A stretch of 64,000 nucleotides of DNA, from assembly GCA_950097015.1 (NCBI GenBank), contig CATNEN010000038.1:31620001-31684000 (forward strand). Reading direction: 5' to 3'. Under the pieces are notes generated by a model that was not told where the DNA came from, did no database searches, and saw only the letters and a list, made by a program, of their open reading frames with translations. Origin of the DNA: Macrostomum hystrix (lineage: Eukaryota; Animalia; Platyhelminthes). A program made the translations under genes and the position numbers. Of the stretch, positions 25,004 through 38,500 are shown one piece after another; the stretch's first letter is position 1; every line of letters starts with the position of its first letter.

Positions 25004-28000
25004 ATGATAGAAGATGAAATTGAGTTCCGCGACTTGGTGGCGCAAACACTTGAGAGCAATGGCGTTCTAGGCAAAATAAAGGTAAGTACTTTAAAAACTA
25101 AAGAGAAATAATCGTGTGTTGTGTGCACTGTGTTCTGTGAAGATATAGCTATGTATATCAACAAGAAAAGCCAATAGCTAGTACACTGTAAATTATTCAA
25201 GCCATGTAGATAAATAAGCAGCTTTTGTATTTGAATTTTTTTATGAAATTCATAATTTTATTTCAGATCGTAATGACATATTTCAATTAATAAATTTGCT
25301 TGCTTGCTACTAGCCTACTATTAGTTTAACAGTTATAATTTGTGATTGTGATATTGTGATATTTATTAGCTATTCTATCTACCTGCGGATCTTTGTCTCT
25401 TTGTCATGGACCAAAAAAATTGGCAATAGTTTATTTCAGCTAAATATGCTTTTTGCATAGGTGTTTCTAATAATTATGCTAATTAATTCTTAAATTATTT
25501 TAATTATGCATATGAAAGAATTAATATATTGCTATCTGCTTTGTCACCTGCAAATTAGCTCACTACTAATCTCAATTCAGTTTAATGTACTAATAAGGAC
25601 AATGTTTAGAGACATGTGTGTGATCTAAGCCATGAGATTTAAGAAGGAAACTGTTGCTTTATATTATACTATGCACATTATATATAGCTGCAGTATTCAC
25701 TGTTAAAATGAAAAGCAATATTATATGAAATATATTTGCTTCATTAAAATTCCTGTAAATACTGATATTTATTGCAGATACATGTACAAGAATACAGCGA
25801 AAAATACTTTTAACAATTTTTATTGGCTTATATCTACTACCAGACATTCAGACACTTTTTATTTTTATGGCCTGAAAAAATTGCATCTCTTGCATCACAG
25901 TATATTGTTAACTGTCATGGACAATCCCATTTAAATGTTTGAATGATCTACAAAGGGGGCAATTAAATATTTGACAGTTTCGATACAATCCATACAATTA
26001 TAACAAACTTTTTACAATTTGTTTTCAAAGGCTGAACTTCGCGCTAGCATCTTCCTGGCGCTGGAAGATCAGGATCGCTTCATGTCCAGTCGTCGCTCTC
26101 CGAAGCGTCAGGAGTTGCGCGACTATCTGCAAACTGCCGAAGGTCGTCAGGCATTTGGATTAGTTCGAGATCTATTAGAATATTTTGAGCTTGAGCACAC
26201 CCTGGCTGTGCTCAGACCGGAGACCGGTTTGACTGAAGATTCGGCTTGGCGCAGTTTGCTAACTGAACCGCCCGCAGCCCTACCGATGGCGGTTAGATCA
26301 AAGACCAGCAGGCCGTATCTAAATGCATGCTTAGCTGCAGTGGCTTCCGCTGGCGGTTCGGCCAATGTTTCAGCTTCGGCTCCCGCGTTAGACGCCAAGT
26401 CTAGCGGCTCCAATTTGAGTAGTGGGGTGAGACATTAAATCCTGCTTACAAAAAGTATTTATTCACAGATTTTCGCTTCGATTATTTAAACTAGATTGAC
26501 TTCCTCCTTTTCGAAGTTTCGCACTTCCTGAAGTTTCACACTTCCTGAAGTTTCACATCCCTGAAGTTTCACATCCTTGAAGTTTCACACTTCCCTGAAG
26601 TTTCACACTTCCCTGAAGTTTCACACTTCCCTGAAGTTTCACACTTCCCTGAAGTTTCACGCTTCCGTGAAGTTTCACACTTCCCTGAAGTTTCACACTT
26701 CCCTGAAGTTTCACACTTCCCTGAAGTTTCACACTTCCCTGAAGTTTCACACTTGCCTGAAGTTTCACTTGCCTGAAGTTTCACTTTCCTGAAGTAACAC
26801 TTTCCTGAAGTAACACTTTCCTGAAGTAACACTTCCCTGAAGTAACACTTTCCTGAAGTAACACTTCCCTGAAGTTTCACACTTCCCTGAAGTTTCACAC
26901 TTCCCTGAAGTTTCACACTTCCCTGAAGTAACACTTCCCTGAAGTAACACTTCCCTGAAGTAACACTTCCCTGAAGTAACGCTTTCCTGAAGTAACACTT
27001 CCATGGAGTTTTAATTCCTTAAATGAAAACTTTACGAAATAGCTTCGAATTTCTGTAGCTATTTCTATGAATTCTATTACACAAGCTAGTTGTATAATTT
27101 AGTAGTTCTAGCTACATGATCGTCAATCCTGAAACGTCAATCTAAATATTATTACTGGCCTCAGTCTCAGCGACAGTCCCGCAGGCAGCCGCAGAAGCAG
27201 CAGCAGCAAGTGTTTGGGAAACTTCGGTTTCCAAACCATAGGAGTCCGAGCAGTAACACTAAAGCAAATGACGCAATGTCTAGGGTTAGATTGCAGTTCG
27301 AATTTTAGTCTGTTACAGTTATGTTGCTCAATTCATTGTTTTTTTAAGCTGTCTTAAAAGACCGATTGTTGAACTAATACTTCTGTTGAGTTTCAAATGC
27401 TTTCTTCTAATGTACTGTTTTCCATCACACCATGGAAATTTTGACCATTTAACCATCACAACCGCATTTTTGCAGCGTCAGCAACATCACGACGATTTGT
27501 TGCCAATGTCAATAAGCGTTGCTAGAGGCAGTCACGCTTCTGGTAATAGCAACAATAATAACAGCGCTTCACTCAGGTGAGTTTGTACCATAGATTTTTT
27601 AGTTTTTGTAATTATTGAATATTTGCTACTGCCGTTTCTAATGACCTCCATTTCTCAAGGTAGACCTCAGTTCCTTTAGGTTTACCTCAGTTCCTTTAGG
27701 TTTACCTCAGTTCCTTCAGGTTTACCTCAGTTCCTTCAGGTTTACCTTAGTTCCTTCAGGTTTACCTCAGTTCCTTCAGGTTTACCTCAGTTCCTTTAGG
27801 TTTACCTCAGTTCCTTCAGGTTTACCTCAGTTCCTTCAGGTTTACCTCAGTTCCTTTAGGTTTACCTCAGTTCCTTCAGGTTTACCTCAGTTCCTTCAGG
27901 TTTACCTTAGTTCCTTCAGGTTTACCTTAGTTCCTTCAGGTTTACCTTAGTTCCTTCAGGTTTACCTTAGTTCCTTCAGGTTTACCTCAGTTCCTTCAGG

Positions 28001-31000
28001 CTTACCTCAGTTCCTTCAGGTTTACCTCAGTTCCTTTAGGTTTACCTCAGTTCCTTCAGGTTTACCTCAGTTCCTTCAGGTTTACCTCAGTTCCTTCAGG
28101 TTTACCTGAAGAGATAAGACACGGGAGAGATGAGACACGGGAGAGATGAGACAAGGGAGAGATGAGACACGGGAGAGATGAGACACGGGAGTGATAAAAC
28201 ACGGGAGAGATGAGACACCGGAGAGATGAGACACGGGAGAGATGAGACACGGGAGAGATGAGACACGGGAGAGATGAGACAAGGGAGAGATGAGACACGG
28301 GAGAGATGAGACACGGGAGTGATAAAACACGGGAGAGATGAGACACCGGAGAGATGAGACACGGGAGAGATGAGACACGAGAGAGATGAGACACGAGAGA
28401 GATGAGACACGGGAGAGATGAGATACGGGAGAGATGAGACACGGGAGAGATGAGACACCGGAGAGATGAGACAAGGGAGAGATGAGACACGGGAGTGATG
28501 AGACACGGGAGAGATGAGACACCGGAGAGATGAGACAAGGGAGAGATGAGACACGGGAGTCATGAGACACGGGAGAGATGAGACACCGGAGAGATGAGAC
28601 AAGGGAGAGATAAGATATGGGAGAGATGAGACACGGGAGAGATGAGACACGGGAGAGATGAGACACGGGAGTGATGAGACACGGGAGAGATGAGACACCG
28701 GAGAGATGAGACAAGGGAGAGATGAGACACGGGAGTCATGAGACACGGGAGAGATGAGACACCGGAGAGATGAGACAAGGGAGAGATAAGATATGGGAGA
28801 GATGAGACATGAAACAGGATAACTGTTGCCCCTTATCGGAAGTGGCGACGGGCCAGATTTGAGAGCTTCATGGTCTCAGCGTATAAGCCTGCCTTATGCT
28901 TATCCGCTGGTACCTCCGTACCCTCAGGTTGACCTCATTACCACGTTTTGTTTCGAAGAGCCCTCTATTTAAATTTCCGCTATAAAACGTGAGCGTTTTT
29001 TTAATCGGTGCAGACAGTCGAAAATTCCTGTCGGCTTTAAAACAAACGGGTGAGTAATGAAACACAGGGTAGCTAGCTAGCAAAATGATGTCCTACTGAC
29101 CTAACTTTATCCACATTTTTAGTAGTATCGTTGGTGCAGTTTTTCTTGGCATAGCATGAACTATTTATTATACAAGCTTTAGCTACTTAGTAATCGCATG
29201 TATTATAAACTTATATTCCAATAAATAATTGTTAATCATTGATTTAAGATTATGCTTAATCATATTTCCACTTTATTTAGCTTATCTACCCTTTAACTAA
29301 ACTGCAAAAAATATTCGATTAACTTCTCCCACCATCGAACATCATCAGTAAAGGGAATTCTAGCGACTAGCCTTTAATCTGGGATTGCATTCACTGCGTA
29401 GATTTTTTCGCTTGTGTTTGTGTCATATGTTTTAGATTCCATAGCTGCTATGTGTTCTGTGTTGGTATCGATTATAGAATATTCCCCATTAGAATTTTTC
29501 GAGACTCAGATAAGTATATATCCCGTTAGAGCATTTTAGAATCGAAGGATTTTGTCTAAGAAATTGACGGATTAAGCTCTAAAGTTATAAAGTTGAGCGA
29601 AAGAGGGCAGAAATAGTGTTCGTTGTTTATTCTTTCTAAGTTTCTGAACGCATCCTTTTGATTTTTTCTCGCCCTACTCTCACCATCAACCTAATTATAA
29701 CAGTATTTCCCTCCATATAATTTTATTATTTATTAGTTATTCTCGTCATCAATTTTAACATTAATGACGTCCTCGCCTAACTGTACTTACTACTGCTTTC
29801 TCGCCCTCGCCCTACTGTACTTACTACTGTTTTATTGCCCTCGCCCTACTAACTACTTTTTTCTCGCCCTCGCCTAACTAACTAGTATTTTATCGCCCTC
29901 GCCCTACTGTACTTACAACTGTTTTCTTGCCCTCGCCCTACTAACTACAGTTTTCTCGCCCTCGCCCAACTAGTACTGTTTTCTCACCCTCGCCCAACTT
30001 ACTAATGTTTTCTCGCCCTCGCCTTCCCATCTAATCCGACGTTTTTCTCGCCCTTCGGCACAGTTCGCCAACGCATAAGCGGCCAGCTCAACTGTCGGTG
30101 TTTGAGCAGACTTCGCATCGATCAACGTCTGGTGGCGGCGGTGGCCTAGGAGCCGCTGACAGTCTAGACCCATTGTCCAGTCCGCAGCAGCACAGCCTGT
30201 CATCTGAGCACAGTCTGTCTAGCTCCGCCGCAGCTGGCGGCTCAGATCTGCATCAGCAGCGGCCGCGTTCTAGAGGAAACAATTTCGACGATTTGCCACC
30301 GCTGACTGGCGGCAGAGGCGGCGGCGGCGGTCGAGCGAGGCAGCCACCTAGCGGAGGTAAAAACCTTTTTTAGGAAGAGGAGAGATAGTAGACAGAGGAG
30401 ATGGTAGACAGGGGAGAGATGGTAGACAGGGGGAGAGATGGTAGACAGGGGAGAGATGGTAAACAGAGTAGAGATGGCAGACAGGGGAGAGATGGTAGAC
30501 AGGGGAGAGATGGTAGACAGGGGAGAGACGGTAGACAGGGAAGAGATGGTAGACAGGGGGAGAAATGGTAGACAGGGGAGAGATGGTAGACAGGGCAGAG
30601 ACGGTAGACTGGGGAGAGATGGTAGACAGAGGAGAGATGGAAGATAGATAAAATATGGTAGACAGAGGAGAGATAGTAGACAGGGAGAGATGGTAGACAG
30701 AGGAGATACGGTAGACAGGGGAGAGATGGTAGACAGGGGTAGAGACGGTAGACAGGGGAGAGATGGTAGACAGGGGAGAGACGGCAGACAGGGGAGAGAC
30801 GGTAGACAGGGGAGAGATGGTAGATAATAAATATTTTGATAGATGTACTTTGCATCTGTTCTAGAAGCATATGTTGTGAGCCCAATCGTCAGCGATTCAA
30901 ACTTCTGACTGAGAGGTCATGAGTTCGAATCGCAATCTAAGGACACCTTTTCTTTTATTAGGCAAGGAAAGCAATCCGCAGTTCCATAATTCAATTTTGT

Positions 31001-31347
31001 TAGGCGACAACACGAGCAATTCTCTCTTATCCGACCAACTCGCCAACCCGACCGGCGCCTCCAACGCCAATGACGACTATTTCGACGACTTCGAAGACAG
31101 CATCGCCGGAGGCGTCAGCAGCAGCATCGGAGGCGGCGGCGGCGGCCCGCTTGCCTCGGCGCGCAGTCTGAAGTCGCAGGTCAGCGACGCTGCGGGCGTC
31201 GAAGACGAAGTGATCGAAATTGAAGAGGAGGAGCTGGCCTCGGCCGCCGACGAAGATCCGACGGACATGACTGTCGACAGCGAGATGTCTCTGCAAGCCG
31301 ACTATGTTGAAGATGCTGCTAGACCATTCGGTCGCTCACAGCTGTGA
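25004..31347 (+). CDS. CEP43: FGFR1 oncogene partner / centrosomal protein 43
   Basis: Exons 25004-25081, 26031-26426, 27165-27209 (weak), 27476-27576, 30064-30356, 30962-31347. N-terminus EFRDLVAQTLESNGVLGKIKAELRASIFLALEDQ, LisH-like LVRDLLEYFELEHTLAVLRPETG, and acidic C-terminus ending DMTVD..ADYVEDA are typical of FOP. Confidence 0.85.
26512..27002. repeat. 18/16-bp minisatellite, CEP43 intron
   Basis: Units CTGAAGTTTCACACTTCC and CTGAAGTAACACTTTC. Confidence 0.95.
27660..28106. repeat. 20-bp minisatellite, CEP43 intron
   Basis: Unit TTTACCTCAGTTCCTTCAGG. Confidence 0.96.
28110..28812. repeat. 16-bp minisatellite (GAGAGATGAGAC family) fused to the preceding array
   Basis: Unit GAGACACGGGAGAGAT. 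Confidence 0.95.
29770..30055. repeat. About 31-bp degenerate repeat running into a splice acceptor
   Basis: TTTTCTCGCCCTCGCC(C)TA(A)CT...; last copy ends just before CAG at 30061-30063. Confidence 0.85.
30372..30825. repeat. 18-bp minisatellite, last CEP43 intron
   Basis: Unit GAGAGATGGTAGACAGGG. Confidence 0.95.
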
Positions 31348-31834
31348 CAGAAATTAAAGGACATTTCAATATAAATTTAGCGGCTTCATTCCAAACTCAT
31401 TTTATTTTAGTACTAAAGCAATCCTTCAGAATCTTATTGATTATACACGAAAAATGAACAAATTTCGATTGCCACAAGTTTGTAGATATTTACAATCGCA
31501 CTACTATAAGTATAGAGTAGTCCAATTTCACTAAAGCTTTTGTCAACGTTTTTTATTTTTGTCCGTCCGTCATACTATAATCGTTTTTCCCTTTTTATTT
31601 GCTAGTTGTAAGCAAACAACTTTAGGTGAATTATTGATTAATTCATTCTTACTTTGTTTTTATTTTGCTCTTTGGTAACAGCAGACAACAAGGCGCACTG
31701 CTAGGCCAGTCAAATTGAAAATAAATTTATTACGCGATTTTCGACCACAAGTAGCGTGGATCGCATTTTTTATATAATTTTTCTTACGATATAGATAAAC
31801 TAAATGTAAATATAGTTATTGCCATTTCTCACTG

Positions 31835-32360
31835 TCCTACCTCCTGTCTACCATCTCTTCCTTGTCTGCCATCTCCCCCTTAGCTTGTCTGCCATCTCTC
31901 CCTTGTCTGCTATCTCTCCCTTGTCTGCCATCTCTCCCTTGTCTGCCATCTCTCCCTTGTCTGCCATCTCTCCCTTGTCTGCCATCTCTCCCTTGTCTAC
32001 CATCTCTCCCTTGTCTGCCATCTCTCCCTTGTCTGCCATCTCTCCCCTGTCTGCCATCTCTCCCCTGTCTACCGTGTCTCCCCTGTCTACCGTCTCTCCC
32101 TGTCTACTATCTCTCCCCTGTCTGCCATCTCTACTCTGTTTACCATCTCTCTTCTGTCTACCATCTCTCCACAGTCTGCCATCTCTCCCTTGTCTACCAT
32201 CTCTCCCCTGTCTACCATCTCTCCCCTTTCTACCATCTTTCCCCTGTCTACCATCTCTCCCCTGTCTACCGTCTCTCCACTGTCTACCGTCTCTCCCCTG
32301 TCTACCGTCTCTCCCTGTCTACCATCTCTCCTCTGTCTGCCATCTCTCGTCTGTCTACTC
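31835..32360. repeat. 18-bp minisatellite, inverted counterpart of 30372-30825
   Basis: Unit CCCTGTCT(A/G)CCATCTCTC. Confidence 0.95.
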
Positions 32361-32531
32361 TCAAGCTTTTATCGGAAGTATTTTAGCATAGCGTAATTGA
32401 TTTAGTTACTTTTCTAGTTTTCTACTATTACATGTTATTAATTTCAGCTTTAAAAAAGAATATTTACTGATGATTCTACATTCGTAACATACTACTGACC
32501 TAGCAACTCGGGAAATCTGACAACGAGTAGT

Positions 32532-35500
32532 ATGGTTAACCTAGTCCTGTATTTTATTTTTGGGTTTTGTTCCGATCTTTTGGTGAAATCGGGTAAGTTT
32601 AGCATATTATTTATTTTTAATAATTTTTAATTACTTACTAACACGAAGGTATTTAAATGTTGTTCTCATTATCAAACATTCCACAGAATCATTAATGCTT
32701 AATCAGACTTTTCAAGATCAAACAATGCCGCCTCAAATAGCTGATTGGTCGGTCATGCCGCGTCACCTGACCTTAGTGTCGGCGCCTAATCACGTGACAA
32801 CTCTGCACTGCAGCGCAACAGGACGTCCCGCACCAAGCGTTGTGTGGCAATTAAATGGAGTTGTCATCTATTCTCAGATTGCTAGCTTAGGTTTGTGCTC
32901 AGCTACTCCTGCGATTCTTTGCTCCATCTCACCCCTTAGACCTATCTCCAAACTTGCCTCCCAATCACATAGTTACCTACCTAGCCTCCTAATTACCTAC
33001 CTAGCCTCCTAATTACCTACCTAGCTCCTAATCACCTAGCTAGCCTCCTAATCACCTAGCTCCTAATCACCTAGCTCCTAATCACCTAGCTAGCCTCCTA
33101 ATCACCTAGCTCCTAATCACCTAGCTCCTAATCACCTAGCTAGCCTCCTAATCACCTAGCTCCTAATCACCTAGCTCCTAATCACCTAGCTCCTAATCAC
33201 CTAGCTCCTAATCACCTAGCTCCTAATCACCTAGCTCCTAATCACCTAGCTCCTAATCACCTAGCTCCTAATCACCTAGCTCCTAATCACCTAGCTCCTA
33301 ATCACCTAGCTCCTAATCACTTATCTAGTCAGTATATCCCACACCTACTTTTTTATCTCACGGCAAGCCAATTCATCTCACAATCAGCTATTGTATGTCT
33401 GACCTCTTTGATAGCATATTTATTCTAACAAATCAGCCTACAATTACTCAGCTTTCGATATTATAATAGCAATTGTAATATAAAATATTTTAATTCGCTT
33501 GCTAGGCCACAATAGCAACAAGAGTTCGCTGACTGTGGTTTCACCCGGTGTCTACCGCTGCCTAGCTGTAAATCCACTCGGTGTTGCCGTATCAGACGTT
33601 GCCATGGTAACTAAAACTACTAGCGTCCCAGTTGGTCCGGCTGTATTAAAATCGGTGGTTTGCCGAGCTGGCGATAGTTTACAATTAGAATGCCACGCTC
33701 CGCGCTGGCAGAACTTGGACTCAAACGCCGCAGCCGATGCCGGCTTCTTCACCTGGCACAGGCTGGTGCCTTCAACTGGCCGGGTGCACACCGTACCAAT
33801 GGCCAGCGACGGTAATCGATTGTTAATTTCTAGCCTACTGGCTATATTTCTAATTGTCCGAATCTTTTTCGATACATATCGGTATTATTTGTTGACTTTA
33901 CTTACATATTTTTCGATACATATAGGCTTATATACGTTTTTCGGTACATATCGGCCCTACTACTTTACTTAAACTACAACTAGTCACGACACATATAGGT
34001 TCAGTCGTAGACTTACACTAGAAAATTTTTGTTACATATCGGCTAAGTCATTTACTTAAGATCCAAATCGTACTATCCTACTAAAGCTGTTTCTGTCTGT
34101 CTGTTTCTGTTTTTGTTTCTGTCATGTGTCTTCGGTTTTTTACAACTATTTCGATACATATCGGTTCAGTTGTTGACTTAAGCTTACACAATTTTCGTAA
34201 CATATCGGCTTAGTTGATGGAATAAATCACGTTTTTTGTTCGTGTCGACTTTAATGTTTTTGTTTTTGTTTGCTTTTGTTTATTATTTTACAAAATCTGT
34301 CAGGTCTAGATGTAGATCTGACGTAATAAAATTTTAGCCTATAAAAAAAGTGATGATCATATTTTGTTTACATTTGCACCTGCTCAAGGTGGTGCTAGAG
34401 TCGGCATCGACCCAGCAACCGGCGCTCTGTTGTTCGCCTCCGTCCAACCGGCCGACGGGGACGGCATGATCTATCGTTGCGGCGCTCGCAATCCTACACT
34501 ACGCCGAATCGTTGACAGTAGACAATCTTATAAACTGTCGGTACTGCCGGCTTCTTTGTCTAGCCATGGCGGATTCGAACCCGTGACCCTCTCGACGCCT
34601 GTCAAACTAATGGCTCACAGTCCGGCCAACACTACCGCGTCTAGGCCTATTGTTCTACTGTCCGGCGCCTCTTTGACACTTTTCTGCTTTTTCTCCGGCA
34701 ATCCGCTGTCTGCTATTGGTTGGCAGTTTGCGACAGTCGACGGCAACTGGCTGAGTCAGTCAGCTCCTGGAGCGGATGGCACTGTCTGGCCCAAGCATCG
34801 GATTGTTGATCAGGGCACCGGCCTATTGCTGCTTGACGCTGCCAGTGCTCACACTGGTGAGTTTTGTTGGCGTGACTTTTGGGGGGTCTGATTGACTGCT
34901 TTAGGGTTTTGTCTGTCTGTTTCAGGTGTTTGTATGTCTGCTTCAGGTGTCTGTCAGTCTGTTTTAGGTGTCAGTCTGTTTCAGGTGTCTGTATGTCTTT
35001 TTCAGGTGTCTGTCAGTCTGTTTCAGGTGTCTGTATGTCTATTTCAGATGTCTGTCTGTTTCAGGTGTCAGTCTGTTTCAGGTGTCTGTCTGTCTGTTTC
35101 AGGTGTCAGTCTGTTTCAGGTGTCTGTCTGTCTGTTTCAGGTGTCTGTCTGTTTCAGGTGTCTGTCTGTCTGTTTCAGGTGTCTGTCTGTCTGTTTCAGG
35201 TGTCTGTCTGTCTGTTTCAGGTGTCTGTCTGTCTGTTTCAGGTGTCTGTCTGTCTGTTTCAGGTGTCTGTCTGTCTGTTTCAGGTTCTGTAGGTCTGTTT
35301 CAGGCGTCTGTCTGCTAAAATCAATAATCTACCCATCCAATGCCAATGAACAGGCCGATATCGTTGCGTCGCCCTTAGCAACACAACCGAATTCGCCGAG
35401 TTTCACATTCTGACAGTTGACAGGCCGCGTTGGCATAGCAACCAGCCACCTGCTCATGCCACCATTGGTCTTGGCGACAGTTTAAAAATGCGTTGCCAAG

Positions 35501-38500
35501 CAGTCAGCGTCACAGCATGTCGGTGGACCAGTAGAAATGGAGTCCATTTGAATAAAATTTTGGCTACAGATGTTGTCATGGTAACCAATAATGCTAGCTA
35601 CACTGATCGAGCTGTGTACCAGTGCAATTGCTCTAGCCAGTTAACAGGCCTCTATCTGTATGCCAACGTTTACGTTAACGTAGTTGCTAGGCCGCCACTG
35701 ATCGACAAGGCAGAAAATCAATCGATAATGCATTGGGCTTGGACAAAGTCTCATGCGCGCCTGCCATGCAGATCAACGCCCAGAGGTTCCAAGATAGAAT
35801 GGACCCGTCAGCTGTTGTCAATGAGTGAAGAGCTTGTCATTGATTACTTGAACAATAGCAGGTACCGACTGACAGACTTTGAGTGGGACGGTCTAGCGGA
35901 CCTCACCATCAGTGAGCTGACAATTAATGATTCCGGAGTTTATCGGTGCCGAGTGATCAATCGGTTCGGTGAGTGATCTGTGTGAAACTCATCTGTATTG
36001 ATTCCATCCCCATTTTTATTGATCCAATCCCAATCTGCATTGATCCCATCCCCAACTGCATTGATCCCATCCCAATCTGAATTGATCTTATCCTCATTTG
36101 TATCGATCCCATCCCCATATGCTTTAATCCCATCTACACCTGCATTGATACCATCCCCTTCTGCATTTATCCCATCCCAATTTGTATCCATCCCATCCCT
36201 ATCTGCATGGATCCCATCCCTATCTTCACTTATCCCATTCCTATCTGCTTTGATCCCATCCCAATCAGCATTGATCCCATCTACACCTGCTTTGATCCGA
36301 TCCCTATCTATATTTATCTCATCTCCATCTTCATTTATTCCATCCCCATCTGAATTTATCCCATCCCCATCTACATTGATCCCATCTACACCTGCTTTCA
36401 TCCTATCCCTATCTATATTGATCCCATCCCAATCTGCATTGATCCCATCAGGTTCTGAATCTCATTGGTTAAATCTGACTGTGCTGCAAGCTGCCAGAAT
36501 TATCAACGGCCCTGCTGTTAACCAATCGCAGTCGTTGAACATTGTGAAGGGGGCCAAGGATATTCGTCTTCGATGTCGAGTTGGCGTTGATTCGCGACTC
36601 GCGAGCCTGCCAGGCAGCGACGGAGCCGTGTCAGTTAGTCTGAGCTGGTTTAAAGACGGTTTGCCACTCGAATCGGCCGTTGCTAGGACTCTGACGCGTC
36701 ATCTAAATCCTAACGACATTGTTGACAGCGGAGATTTTGTACAGTTCGAAGACTGGCTAGATTTGTCGCCAATGAAGCTCAGCTACGCCGGCAGCTACGC
36801 TTGCACCGTCTCGACAATGCCGTTGCCATGGTTACGTCATACACCAGATCCCGGAGATGTCAGCGAATACGTCAGATTATCGATTATTGAACCGCCATTG
36901 GCGCCTAGATCGCTGAGATTGATCAGCTGTCAGTCTGGCATTGCTCTGTTGACTTGGCTCAATGCAACTGGGCGCACTGATTCCCAATGGAGAGTCGACA
37001 ATAGGCCAGAATATTACGATGTGCAATTCTCTGAGCAATATTCAAACTATTTAGTTTGGCATTCGATTGCTGACTGCGGTTTCATTGTTAGCCAATCACA
37101 GTTGAGTTGCAGAGTTAATCTGTTGCCCAGTTTGGCTTATCGATTTCGCGTTCGCGGAGTTAATAAGGCTGGATTTGGACCGCCTATTGAGTGAGTAACT
37201 GCTGTACTTTACTGTCTAGACTTTGTTGCTCGATTCAGCGGCGAGGCCACATCATTTGGGGCGCAGCCGTGTAGAGAAGGCTTGGGGGCTTGTCGTGCAA
37301 TTTACTCCCTTGATGGCCAACCTCCAAGGCATAGTGAAAGTGTACACTGCCTGACGATGAGAAAGTCAGGGCCGATACCCACGTACAGTATCTGTGTGCG
37401 TGTGTGCTCAGGAGTCAGCGAAATGGGCAGAATTGCCTCCTCGCTGGCTGCGGGTCTAGTGTCACCAAATGATGTGCGACTGCTACTCGTATAATTATAA
37501 ATTCCTTCACTCCTTCATTATTCAAAATTGACTAACTACTAAGCTGAATGTGAGTTCAGTTTCAGATGAGTTCCTGAACTTCAATTGTAGTATAAATTGT
37601 ATCTCTCACAATAAGCGACTATTTCTCGCCACGCAGGCCTCCGCTAGACCTCGCTTCCCAGACCGACTGTCTCGCCGCGCCTCGCCCGCCATCGGCTAAT
37701 CCGACCGACCTGCGAGTGGACGGCGACGATAAATTCGACGATGCTGAAAGCGACACGGTCGTTGCCGAGCGTCAGCCGCGCCTTCGCATTCGCTGGCACC
37801 CGGTGTGGCCGCTGTCAATCAACGGGCCTGGCTTTGCCTACCTGATTTACGTGGCCTGTCATGACTGCCGCCTCGGGCCGAGGATCGGGGTTGAGGAGTT
37901 TGTGACTCGAATTAAAGATCCACGGCAGAGCCAAATCGTATTGACTAGTCTCAGTATTGGCGATAGTGTCTATCCTATTGAGCCTTATCGACTTTATCGC
38001 GTTAAGGTAATATGATTTAAAGTTTAACCTATCAATGAAGCTGCCTTGACAGCCGAAAAACTTTAACTGGAGCTAAACACCCAACTCGCTACTCCTCATA
38101 ACACCCACCCCACTCTGCATAGCAACCACCTCACTCCTCATAACACCCACCCCACTCTGCATAGCAACCACCTCACTCTTCATAGCACCCACCCCACTCC
38201 GCAGAGCAACCACCTCACTCCGCATAACACCCACCCCACTCCGCAGAGCAACCACCTCACTCCACACGACACCCATTGTACTTTTGAAGCATTTTTACCC
38301 TCCATTCGCTTCCTGTTCTAGGTGCACACAGTCAACCAGCTAGGCAATTGTTGCGCCAAACCTCAACAGTCCTCTGTGACATCTACTTCTAGTACACAAT
38401 CAGCAGCAGCTATGGGCGTGAAGACCACGGCTGCACCAGCCGCCGCAGTCGTCGTAGCCATGGGACGAAGCAGTCAAACCGCCCCCGAAGTGGCACCGCA

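Noticed and set aside
33865-34212. Repeat-spacer pattern resembling a CRISPR array
   Set aside because: Eukaryotic intron, short degenerate motif, irregular spacers, no cas genes.
35998-36451. In-frame repeat extension of the Ig6 exon (ORF 35998-37194)
   Set aside because: Clean GT-AG intron 35969-36451 joins NRFG to SESHWLNLTV; retention would hit a TGA just after the donor.
37345-37430. CTGACGA ... GAAA suggestive of a hammerhead ribozyme in SINE A
   Set aside because: Stem II does not close next to GAAA, and CTGACGA is not conserved in the other two copies.
37436-37495. GCCTCCTCGCTGGC in SINE A matches the P3-L3 of the genomic HDV ribozyme
   Set aside because: No 7-bp P1 partner upstream, no GG for P1.1 at the expected spacing, no clear P2 or J4/2; the segment pairs better as a simple hairpin with AGTCAGCGA. 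An RNArobo or Infernal search on the family consensus would settle it.
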